Of a stretch of 19,512 nt of DNA, positions 1-7,631 are shown one piece after another. The notes below the pieces were generated by a model. The model saw nothing but the letters and a program-made list of their open reading frames with translations, searched no databases and was not told where the DNA came from. The stretch's first letter is position 1; each line of letters begins with the position of its first letter. The stretch lies in NCBI GenBank assembly GCA_019057375.1, contig DXJF01000060.1, positions 1-19,512 of the forward strand, read 5' to 3'. This DNA comes from Candidatus Heimdallarchaeota archaeon (GTDB lineage: Archaea > Asgardarchaeota > Heimdallarchaeia > Heimdallarchaeales > Heimdallarchaeaceae). The position numbers and the translations under genes were made by a program.

Positions 1-278
1 TATGGATTCTGATAGAGTTCAAAGTAGGATGCTGTTGAGTGAAGATCTACAATTATTTCCTTGGTTCTATTGAAAACTTTTTCCATTAGTAGACTTGGAA
101 GTTTAAATATTGGGAAAATACTTCCAGAAGTGTAAATGGGAGAACTAATATTTTCTCTTTTATGCAAAACCAGATTTATGGATTTATCTTGTTTCATTGT
201 TGAAAGATAATAGGATAAAACAGCTGCAGTTAGCCCTTCTCCTTCTATTAGTATATCACTTCGAATTATTTCACCCAT
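1..278 (-). CDS. Partial (runs off the left edge) FAD-dependent oxidoreductase-like protein, N-terminal fragment
   Basis: Hand translation from ATG at 278: MGEIIRSDILIEGEGLTAAVLSYYLSTMKQDKSINLVLHKRE..., open to the window edge. DILIEGEGLTAAVLSYYL resembles the Rossmann beta-alpha-beta start (DVxIIGGGxxGxxxAYxL) of DAO/glycine-oxidase-type flavoproteins, but is degenerate. A TTTAAATA box lies about 25 nt upstream. Confidence 0.6.
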   Translation of the reverse strand, partial: MGEIIRSDILIEGEGLTAAVLSYYLSTMKQDKSINLVLHKRENISSPIYTSGSIFPIFKLPSLLMEKVFNRTKEIIVDLHSTASYFELYQNP

Positions 279-328
279 ACATTACTATTGAGGAATAGAT
301 ATTTAAACCTTAAATATTTGAAGAAAAT
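279..328. promoter_or_regulatory. Compact divergent promoter region with TATA-like TTTAAA elements
   Basis: 50-bp gap between divergent starts at 278 (-) and 329 (+). TTTAAA at 302-307 is about 22-25 nt from both ATGs, which fits leaderless archaeal transcripts. Confidence 0.4.
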
Positions 329-598
329 ATGGCACACAATATTATATTAAAAGTAATCAAGCAGGAAGGAACTTGTGCTGCAGGACATAAATTAGGAGAT
401 GAAATTCTCATTAGTTTTGATAAAAACGAGATTAAGGGAAAACTATGTCTCCATGCATTATATTCAGTTTTACCAAAAGTTTATGCCATGGCATATGGAG
501 CTGAATTTCCTTGGTTAGAAGATGGCGATATTTCAACCCATGCATGCCCAGATGCTTGGAATCCTCTTGTTTACGAAGTAAAAAGAATAAGGGAGTAA
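329..598 (+). CDS. TIGR04076-family small Cys-containing protein
   Basis: 89 aa with the pattern I.KV....GTC.AGHK.GD...., C.HA..S..P....M.YG..FPW......ACPD..NP.V.E..R, which is characteristic of this family of unknown function. Confidence 0.8.
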   Translation: MAHNIILKVIKQEGTCAAGHKLGDEILISFDKNEIKGKLCLHALYSVLPKVYAMAYGAEFPWLEDGDISTHACPDAWNPLVYEVKRIRE

Positions 599-600
599 TT

Positions 601-1539
601 CTACCTCCCTAGAATTATTGCAATAATCTTATCTATAATAAAAACTAGTAGAAAAGATAAGAATATCCAGAGTAAAATTTCTTTAGTAGTATACGCCCAT
701 TTAGGTTTTTGATTAAACAATATAGCTATTGATAGAAAAATAGCTACAGCTGCAACAATGCAGCCAATAATAACACTAGGTAAATATAATTGATTAAGAA
801 CTACTCCACCGTAGATTAGAGCAACTAAAGCTCCTCCTATCAAACCCAAGAGAAAAAGAAATGCTATTTTTGCAGTTTTTTGTTTTCCAAATTTAACAGC
901 TAAAGTTCTGACTCCCGCTTCCCTATCACCTTCAACATCAGGCAGACCTTTGATAATCTCTCTACCAACATTTCCTGAAGCTGCACATGCTCCTACAACA
1001 ATGGGGATCCAAGCAAAAGTTGACCGATAAATTAGAAAAGTATGCGCAGATCCATACACGAAAAGCGCTAATACAGTTATTCCGATTGTAACATTTCCCC
1101 AAAAACCTAGTTTCTTTAGTTTGAAATCATATAAATCAAGTAATCCCCCAAAAATGATCGCTGTAGCAACACTTAATCCGTAGAGATTATAGAGTATATC
1201 AAGAGTTAAAGCAACTGCAAGAGCTAAACTTGCAACTATAACTCCATATATCCATGCTGTTCTTACAGAAATTTTTCCTGAAGGCAAAGGTCTATGAGGG
1301 GCATTTACTGCATCCTCCTCTCTATCTGCTATATCATTGAAAATCATTGCTTGTGATGAAACTAACATAGCAGCAATAACGACTAGTACGATAGGTAATG
1401 GGTCTATAGTAATACCACTTTGATAGGACAATACGACACCAAAAGCTGCAGCAACTCCCGCAACTATCCCGTTAACTAATCTTAGAATTGTAACATACGA
1501 AAGAATGATTTCTTTCTTTGTAAATTGACTCGAAGCCAT
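601..1539 (-). CDS. UbiA-family prenyltransferase, probable digeranylgeranylglyceryl-phosphate (DGGGP) synthase
   Basis: About 8-9 hydrophobic helices. First Asp-rich motif NDIADREEDAVNAPHRPLPSG and second motif GREIIKGLPDVEGD match the archaeal ether-lipid DGGGPS subfamily. Confidence 0.85.
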   Translation of the reverse strand: MASSQFTKKEIILSYVTILRLVNGIVAGVAAAFGVVLSYQSGITIDPLPIVLVVIAAMLVSSQAMIFNDIADREEDAVNAPHRPLPSGKISVRTAWIYGVIVASLALAVALTLDILYNLYGLSVATAIIFGGLLDLYDFKLKKLGFWGNVTIGITVLALFVYGSAHTFLIYRSTFAWIPIVVGACAASGNVGREIIKGLPDVEGDREAGVRTLAVKFGKQKTAKIAFLFLLGLIGGALVALIYGGVVLNQLYLPSVIIGCIVAAVAIFLSIAILFNQKPKWAYTTKEILLWIFLSFLLVFIIDKIIAIILGR

Positions 1540-1584
1540 ATTAAAATAAAGAAGAAGTTGGATTTAAAATTTACTGTGAATTAT

Positions 1585-1752
1585 TTATTCATCAACAAAA
1601 TTTATCTTAAGTTTCAAGGATTTTATTTCTCCTTCATCAAACCCTTTCAAAGTCCCAGCGATTGCAATATTAACTTTAGCAAACACTTTTTTCAAGAATT
1701 GATTCAAGGGTACCTCTTCATCATTGATTTCTAGAACAACATTACTTTTCAT
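1585..1752 (-). CDS. Small 55-aa protein missed by the ORF track, resembling the standalone MobB-C-terminal-like domain
   Basis: ATG at 1752 to TAA at 1585 gives MKSNVVLEINDEEVPLNQFLKKVFAKVNIAIAGTLKGFDEGEIKSLKLKINFVDE. It is co-oriented with its neighbours and fills the 1540-1797 gap. The pattern V.L.IN...VPLN.F...V.......GTLKG......I.L.I matches my recollection of a small domain fused to some MobB proteins. Confidence 0.7.
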   Translation of the reverse strand: MKSNVVLEINDEEVPLNQFLKKVFAKVNIAIAGTLKGFDEGEIKSLKLKINFVDE

Positions 1753-1797
1753 TATATCTCTAAAAAATAAGAAAAAAAGGGAGTTATGTAAAGGTTT

Positions 1798-2595
1798 TTA
1801 CTTTAGTTTGATTGTTGGGTTAGGGTCATCCTTTCCATGCATTTCTATTTCTACAAGCCCTGCAGACTCTAACATCTGCACATATCTTAAGATTGCATGT
1901 GTTGATGATCCTGTTGACATAGCTAGTCGTTTTAGCTCGATAACTTTAAATTTCTCAAGAGTTGACAACCAGCTGTAAGATGGATCTTTTTCTGCTATGA
2001 TTTGAAATCTTCTTAGGGCTTCTTCTTTATCCCTTAGTTCAGTTTTAATATGTTCCAATCTTGAAGAATCTGATAATAATTCGTTATATTTATTCTCAAT
2101 TGTTGCCTTCTCATCTTTTTCTACTTCCAACTGAGCTTCAATTTCTGACTTAGCACTTTCCATCTCTGAAACGCTTTCTCTCAGTTTGTCAATTGTATGT
2201 TGTTTATCTTGATAATCTTCTGATTTTTCATTCAATTCTCTTTGAGTATTAGCTAAATCAGTTTCTTTCTTCATAGAATCATTTTTTATCTCTTGAACCT
2301 CATTTGTCAAATTCTCTTTTTCTTGTTTGATTTGAGTATTTTCTTCCTTCAGAGTATTCAATTCATCTTCTAGATTAGCTTTAATTGATTCAATGTCAGC
2401 TAGTTCTGCTGCTTTTTCCTTAAGATTATCTAATTCTTGTTGTAAAGCGTTATTCTTCTCTGAGAGTTCACTATTGCCATTTTCTAACTCTTCAATTTTG
2501 GTTTGTAAGTTTTGTATTTTATTTTCTAGCTCTGTGATTTTTATTGCATCACTGACTGAAATACTTCCATTTTCTTCTTCCAATTTACTCACCAA
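1798..2595 (-). CDS. Long coiled-coil protein with a C-terminal winged-helix-like domain
   Basis: About 185 aa of E/K/N/L heptads, then SWLSTLEKFKVIELKRLAMSTGSSTHAILRYVQMLESAGLVEIE, an HTH plus wing ending in the typical L...GLV. The start is non-ATG (TTG at 2595 or GTG at 2592). Confidence 0.7.
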   Translation of the reverse strand: MVSKLEEENGSISVSDAIKITELENKIQNLQTKIEELENGNSELSEKNNALQQELDNLKEKAAELADIESIKANLEDELNTLKEENTQIKQEKENLTNEVQEIKNDSMKKETDLANTQRELNEKSEDYQDKQHTIDKLRESVSEMESAKSEIEAQLEVEKDEKATIENKYNELLSDSSRLEHIKTELRDKEEALRRFQIIAEKDPSYSWLSTLEKFKVIELKRLAMSTGSSTHAILRYVQMLESAGLVEIEMHGKDDPNPTIKLK

Positions 2596-2664
2596 TACGT
2601 ATAGAAATTATGTTCTTTCTAACAAACGGATTTGATTTCATGTTATTAAAAGATTCTGAATGTG

Positions 2665-3789
2665 TTAAGTGGAATCTTCGACGTCAATTATACCCTCACC
2701 TGAGATGCAGAAAACTGTTTCAATCTCAGGGATATGAGGACTGTCAATTACTCGAGCAATCCTTTTGTCACCTTTTCCTTTTCTTAAGAAAACTCGAGTA
2801 GTACATGAATGAGCTACAATATGTCCTCCTATTGGAAAAGTAGTTTCCCCGTAAAGAACATCTGGTTTTGATAAAACTTGATTAGTTGCTACAACTGCTA
2901 CATCATATACTTCAGCTAATCTGAGGAGTTGATGTAAGTATTTGTTGAGTTTTTGTTGTCTCTCAAGGAGAGAACCTCTCCCTGCATATTCTGCCCTGAA
3001 GTGACTGGTTAAGGAATCTATAATCAGTAGTTTTACATTTCTTTCTCTAATAATCTTCGGGCTTTCAAGAACCAAAACCATTTGATGATCAGAGTTGTAT
3101 GCCCTTCCAACATGAATACGATTTAGTATTTCTTCAGCTGGCGCACCAAAACGTTCACAGATTTGCACAATTCTCTCAGGTCTGAAAGTTCCTTCAGTAT
3201 CAACATAAATAACACCCGATTCAAGTCCACCCAATTTTTTATCCATTGCTGTCATAACGCATAGTTGAAAACAAATTTGTGTTTTTCCTGTTCTAAATTC
3301 ACCAGAGATTTCTGTCAAAGAACTTGTTTCAATTCCACCTGCTAAAAGACTATCTAGAGCTTTGCTTCCGGTAGGTATTTTTACTAATTCTTTTCTTACT
3401 TTGAGCAATTCCTTTGCATTTCTGAACCCTATTCCTACTTGACTTCTAGCAGCAGTAATTAATCTCTTAGCAGTTTGTTCCCCAATCTCACAATGTTCAA
3501 CAAGTTCTATTGGTGATGCGTGAGCAACAGCAGCTAATGTAATATAACCAGCGGACATTAGCTTATCAGCAACAGCTGGACCAATGCCAGGGATTCGGTT
3601 TACAGCAACATCACTGAGGTCTTTATCTTCCTTTAGAGCTACTTTGGGTCTTTGTTTAGGGAGTATTTCCTCAATCCAATCTTCAGGTTCTTTTTTTACC
3701 TTTTTTTCTGGAGTTTTGCTAGCTGGAGGTTTTTTTTGAGGAGTCTTTTTTGCTTTTGCTGTTTTATGTTGTTCTTCTTTCTTTGACAT
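2665..3789 (-). CDS. radA: DNA repair and recombination protein RadA
   Basis: N-terminal HhH (IPGIGPAVADKL), FxxA polymerisation motif (GFRNA), Walker A GEFRTGKT, YVDTEGTFRPER, Walker B LLIIDS, SHFRAEYAGRG, GGHIVAHS. Confidence 0.97.
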   Translation of the reverse strand: MSKKEEQHKTAKAKKTPQKKPPASKTPEKKVKKEPEDWIEEILPKQRPKVALKEDKDLSDVAVNRIPGIGPAVADKLMSAGYITLAAVAHASPIELVEHCEIGEQTAKRLITAARSQVGIGFRNAKELLKVRKELVKIPTGSKALDSLLAGGIETSSLTEISGEFRTGKTQICFQLCVMTAMDKKLGGLESGVIYVDTEGTFRPERIVQICERFGAPAEEILNRIHVGRAYNSDHQMVLVLESPKIIRERNVKLLIIDSLTSHFRAEYAGRGSLLERQQKLNKYLHQLLRLAEVYDVAVVATNQVLSKPDVLYGETTFPIGGHIVAHSCTTRVFLRKGKGDKRIARVIDSPHIPEIETVFCISGEGIIDVEDST

Positions 3790-3825
3790 GGTTTCACTTT
3801 CTCTCTTACTGATAAAATAACCAGA

Positions 3826-3842
3826 TTTGTCTATATAAGAAA
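3826..3842 (-). promoter_or_regulatory. Putative TATA box of radA
   Basis: TTATATA on the minus strand at about 3832-3838, 40-50 nt upstream of the ATG at 3789, with an AAGTGA SD-like element just before the start. Confidence 0.4.
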
Positions 3843-3891
3843 TGCTTTTTTTTAGTTCATAAACTTAATGGACATTTCTAACTAAAATCTC

Positions 3892-4377
3892 TTATTCTTT
3901 GATATTCTCTTTTTGATACTTTCCAGAGTACCCTTTTGTTGTCTTTGCTTTTGTCTCAATAAAGACTATTTGTGCGATCCTTGCATTTTGATGGAGTGTG
4001 ATATTAGCATATACAAGAAATAGTCCTACTCCTCTCCCTTTATATCCTGGGTCCCATACAGCTGAACAAACTGTAGCTCCACATCTCATTAAACTTGATC
4101 TAGGCAGAACTATTCCAATAGCATTAAGTGGAACTTCTACTACTTCATTATACTGAACAAGATATCCTCCTAGTTTGATTTCCCATTTACCATCAACTGG
4201 TGGTATCGTCTTATGTTCTGGAATATTTCGTTTTGTATTATCAAAGTCGATTATTCCTCCATCTTGTAATTCTATTAGTTCTTTGATGGATAAATCAAAA
4301 CCTGCAATTTGGGACTGAGTATTGGAATCAATATACTCTTTGACAATTGTATCTGAAAAAGGAGGTAAGAATACCAT
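3892..4377 (-). CDS. dut: Archaeal trimeric dUTP diphosphatase (dCTP deaminase/dUTPase superfamily)
   Basis: 161 aa with GFDLS, PRSSLMRCG, VWDPGYKGRG and RIAQIVF motifs. The deaminase-type TLE Glu after the DPGY.G motif is absent. Confidence 0.8.
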   Translation of the reverse strand: MVFLPPFSDTIVKEYIDSNTQSQIAGFDLSIKELIELQDGGIIDFDNTKRNIPEHKTIPPVDGKWEIKLGGYLVQYNEVVEVPLNAIGIVLPRSSLMRCGATVCSAVWDPGYKGRGVGLFLVYANITLHQNARIAQIVFIETKAKTTKGYSGKYQKENIKE

Positions 4378-4412
4378 GTCTCTTAATTCTTTGTCTCATT
4401 ATTAACTTTTTA

Positions 4413-5342
4413 CTATGTTTGAAACATTCTTGAAACAAGTTTCTTTCTACAGTTAGGGCATTGGGGTTTTACTTTAATCCATTCAACTATATGAGCATAA
4501 TGTGATGGAATTTCACAGAAAGGACATCTAATAAAACTCTCTCCTGCTTTAATTGGAGACATACAAACACTGCATCTTTCATCTAAATCAGAAGTTGCGA
4601 CTTTCATAGGCTGAGTAGCAGGAAGTCTTAACTCGGGAATAGGTTTAGCTTCTACTTCTATTTCTTCTTCTTCTTCCTTTACTTCTGCGGCGATTTCCTC
4701 TAACTCTTCTAAGCTTCTTTGATCATCAACTTCCTGAATAACAATTGGTTGATCTATTGTGCTTACTTCTACAACACCGCTAGGAGTTATATCACTTACT
4801 GACTTTCCGATAGTTGCTAAAACTGCATCAGCTTCTTCTTCTAATCCCTTTTCAAAAAGAATATATGCTGAAATCTCAGTCTCACCACTATCATAGAAAT
4901 AGCGGGATAGGTTTCTAACCATTTCTTCTTCTCTTTCTGGAGCATATCTAGAAATAATTTGAATTGAATCTGGAACAAATTCCCTTCCCTTAGCTGCTAT
5001 TGATTTTGCAGCTCCAAAAACTCTACCTGTCTTAAGATATTCCTCCTTTGCCCTATCATACATCCCAGCTCTAAAGTATTCATCTGCACTTGCATATGCA
5101 GCTCTAGATTCAGGAATTTCTTCATGATTGCTGTTTTCTCTAGCAGCGTAGGTAGATACTCGTTGACTTGGTGTAATAACCTTTGAATGCTGTGCTTGAG
5201 GATGATATGGTTTATACCTTTTCTTTGGAACGCTTTTCTTCTTTTTACTTTTTACAGCAGCTCTCGCTGCCACTATTAATGAAATAGCAATGAAAACCAA
5301 GAATATTACTAATCCAATTTCGACAGGCATTTTATCAACCAT
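4413..5342 (-). CDS. Membrane-anchored protein with TPR-like helices, an acidic linker and a C-terminal RING-type zinc finger
   Basis: N-terminal TM helix (IGLVIFLVFIAISLIVAA) followed by a basic KSKKKK stop-transfer. Helical segment ADEYFRAGMYDRAKEEYLK. C-terminus CSVC-x12-CPFC-x4-HYAH-IVEW-x6-CPNC (DNA 4449-4574). The start may be the second Met at 5330. Confidence 0.8.
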   Translation of the reverse strand: MVDKMPVEIGLVIFLVFIAISLIVAARAAVKSKKKKSVPKKRYKPYHPQAQHSKVITPSQRVSTYAARENSNHEEIPESRAAYASADEYFRAGMYDRAKEEYLKTGRVFGAAKSIAAKGREFVPDSIQIISRYAPEREEEMVRNLSRYFYDSGETEISAYILFEKGLEEEADAVLATIGKSVSDITPSGVVEVSTIDQPIVIQEVDDQRSLEELEEIAAEVKEEEEEIEVEAKPIPELRLPATQPMKVATSDLDERCSVCMSPIKAGESFIRCPFCEIPSHYAHIVEWIKVKPQCPNCRKKLVSRMFQT

Positions 5343-7053
5343 GTATATAATTCATCTTTACTTTATCTGTTATCTTATTAACTTTTGTATACCCAAAGCG
5401 CTCAAGCTGAATAATCTCACCAATATTCAGATTATTCAATTCTTTTTCTCCATATCCATTGATATGTTTCAAGCTATCTTTGTTTATACGGTTATTTAAA
5501 TATAACATTTCTGGCTTCACTATCTCAACAGAAACTGGTTCTGAAACCCATTGAACACGTGGAATATCAACCATTAAATCATCACTACAAATCTCCGCTT
5601 TAAATTCTGAATTTGACACTTTTTCTATGATTTTTATGTTGTAAAGATCTTTCATTCTAATAATGGCATCAATTTGTAAAATATTCAAGTCCAATCTACT
5701 TAGATAGAGAACATCTTTAACATATACCTTTCTTGTTCCCAAATCCTTATTTTTTGGATGCAAGTCAATTTCTATCGTTTGTGATTTTGGGTTTGTTAGA
5801 TGTATAGTGATTGGGTCATCTACAAAGAAGAAATGCTTTGAATTTGGTTCGATTATTTTTCGATTGATAGAAGAAATTAACGACCAGTCTATACTTGTAG
5901 CCGATTTAGTTGCTCCTAATCTTCTTATCATCTCCACGAAGGTTTCTGGTTGAATTCCTCTTCTTCTGAGAGCTTGATATGTAACTAATCTATAATCATC
6001 CCATCCTGTAACTATCTTCTGTTCAACTAAATCTCTGATTATTCTTCCTTGAGTTGGTGCCCCTATAACATTAAATCTTGCATACTCCAGAAAATTAGGT
6101 ACTTTCAAACCGAGTTTTGCTGATATTAAACTTTGAAGCTCTTCTCTCATTTTACCAAATTCAATACTTCGCAGGATATGAGTAACACCAGTAAAATCTT
6201 CCATTATTGGTGATTCAAAGTCATACATAGGCCAAAGATTATACTTATCCCCTTGAATACAATGAATGTGATTAGATATTCTTAATAATACAGGATCTCT
6301 CAGGACAGCATTCTTTGAGGACATGTCTCCCCTTAATCTAACTACAGCTTCTCCAGGTTTGAAATGTCCTTCGAGTATTTTCTCGAATAATTCTAGATTT
6401 TGTTCTGTTGAATTGTTTAAATTACACGAACAAGGCTTTTCCTTCGCTCTTAATTTTGCCATTGTTTCCCTATCGCATGTACAAATAAACGCTTCATTAT
6501 TATTGATTAATTCTTTCGCTTTTTCATAATATAATTCCATATGATCGGATGCTAGAACTTCATCTTCAATTTTCAAATTCATCCAGTAAATGACTTCTCT
6601 GAAACTATCATAGAATTCTGACTGAACTTTCTCTGGATTAGTATCATCGAAACGTAAAACTCTCTTACCTTCATATCTTTCTGCTATTAGATGATTAATG
6701 CAGAAGGACAGCATTTGTCCCACATGAGGGTGCTTAGATGGTTCAGGAGGGTATCTAACCGTTACCTCACCCTTGATAGCATTGACTATTTCAGGAAGAT
6801 AATCCCTCTCTTTTTTCTCTTCTATTATGCTATCTGGATACTTCTTTTCTACAATCTCTCTCAATCTATCCGTGGGAATCTCATTAACTTCTGCGATGGT
6901 TTTATCTAAAAGTGGTTGAATCTCCTTCACTTTGCTTCTAAGATCAGGATAGTTTGCCATTATTTTTCTTAAAACAATTTTTTTCTCAGCTGAGCCGTAT
7001 TTATAGGCATTAACAATGGCTTCTTTGTAGATAATATCTTCAGCATTGTTCAT
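5335..7053 (-). CDS. gltX: Glutamate--tRNA ligase, archaeal type
   Basis: VRYPPEPSKHPHVGQ, LRFDDTNPE, Zn-knuckle CTC...CSC, RDPVLLR, WPMYDF, THILRS.EF, GWDD.RL.T..ALRRRGI.PE, C-terminal QLERFGY. ATG at 7053 is preferred over GTG at 7077 because a TATTTAAA box lies about 25 nt upstream of 7053. Confidence 0.95.
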   Translation of the reverse strand: MNNAEDIIYKEAIVNAYKYGSAEKKIVLRKIMANYPDLRSKVKEIQPLLDKTIAEVNEIPTDRLREIVEKKYPDSIIEEKKERDYLPEIVNAIKGEVTVRYPPEPSKHPHVGQMLSFCINHLIAERYEGKRVLRFDDTNPEKVQSEFYDSFREVIYWMNLKIEDEVLASDHMELYYEKAKELINNNEAFICTCDRETMAKLRAKEKPCSCNLNNSTEQNLELFEKILEGHFKPGEAVVRLRGDMSSKNAVLRDPVLLRISNHIHCIQGDKYNLWPMYDFESPIMEDFTGVTHILRSIEFGKMREELQSLISAKLGLKVPNFLEYARFNVIGAPTQGRIIRDLVEQKIVTGWDDYRLVTYQALRRRGIQPETFVEMIRRLGATKSATSIDWSLISSINRKIIEPNSKHFFFVDDPITIHLTNPKSQTIEIDLHPKNKDLGTRKVYVKDVLYLSRLDLNILQIDAIIRMKDLYNIKIIEKVSNSEFKAEICSDDLMVDIPRVQWVSEPVSVEIVKPEMLYLNNRINKDSLKHINGYGEKELNNLNIGEIIQLERFGYTKVNKITDKVKMNYIHG

Positions 7054-7144
7054 ATTATATTTCACTAAAATTCTCACTTTAAATACTTGATTGTTAAGAT
7101 AAAAACTTGAACAAAGTTGATAGAGAATTTAAATCATAGAAATC

Positions 7145-7471
7145 TTACGATAAGACTTGTGGTGAATAATTTATCAATTGCTCTTGTTGTAATAATTTTT
7201 CATTCTCTACAATTTCTATTATTTTTGGTACAGTTTTTTTGATAAGTACTTGATGTTTATCAATTTGTATCTTGGAGCAGAGTAGTCCTTTGTTACAAGA
7301 ACCCTTTCCAAAGTATACCACTTTCTTAGTATCGTAGAACAGAGATCCCCCTTTTGACGGACAATTACAGATTTCTAAAAATAGTGGAGAATCTGTATAT
7401 CCATTACTAGTTTTTATCCTTGCAATAGCTTTTTCGAGCTTGTAGCTGAGAAATGTATCCTTAGTTCTCAT
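7145..7471 (-). CDS. Hypothetical 108-aa basic protein with four Cys
   Basis: The ORF fills the gap upstream of gltX on the same strand, and a TATATA element lies about 25-30 nt upstream of the ATG. No family recognised. Contains CNC and C-x5-C. Confidence 0.5.
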   Translation of the reverse strand: MRTKDTFLSYKLEKAIARIKTSNGYTDSPLFLEICNCPSKGGSLFYDTKKVVYFGKGSCNKGLLCSKIQIDKHQVLIKKTVPKIIEIVENEKLLQQEQLINYSPQVLS

Positions 7472-7631
7472 TTTAACTCAGAGAAAAATACTGATTATAT
7501 ATTAAGTAGTGTTGTAATATCCAGAAATTATACTAACCATGTCGCAGATAAATTCCAGATATCATCTAGTTATTTCATCCAGAGGAAAATATTAAAAACA
7601 CAGCCATAATTAAACACTTGAGGAACTGAAA

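Noticed and set aside
1525-2801. + strand ORFs 1525-1734, 1724-1978, 2393-2635 and 2610-2801
   Set aside because: They are antisense shadows of real minus-strand genes (the 55-aa ORF, the coiled-coil gene and radA), with F/S/L-rich composition typical of reverse-complemented K/E-rich genes.
3892-4377. dCTP deaminase call
   Set aside because: The protein is short and lacks the deaminase Glu (TLE) after the DPGY.G motif, so dUTPase fits better.
5290-6909. + strand ORFs 5290-5499, 6323-6529 and 6691-6909
   Set aside because: They lie antisense to gltX and the RING gene and have no motifs.
7539-7595. 18-codon uORF (MSQINSRYHLVISSRGKY) upstream of the trpF-like gene as a trp attenuator leader; three TCCAGA hexamers nearby
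   Set aside because: The uORF has no Trp codons and no alternative hairpins were seen. The hexamer spacing is irregular and such short matches are expected by chance.
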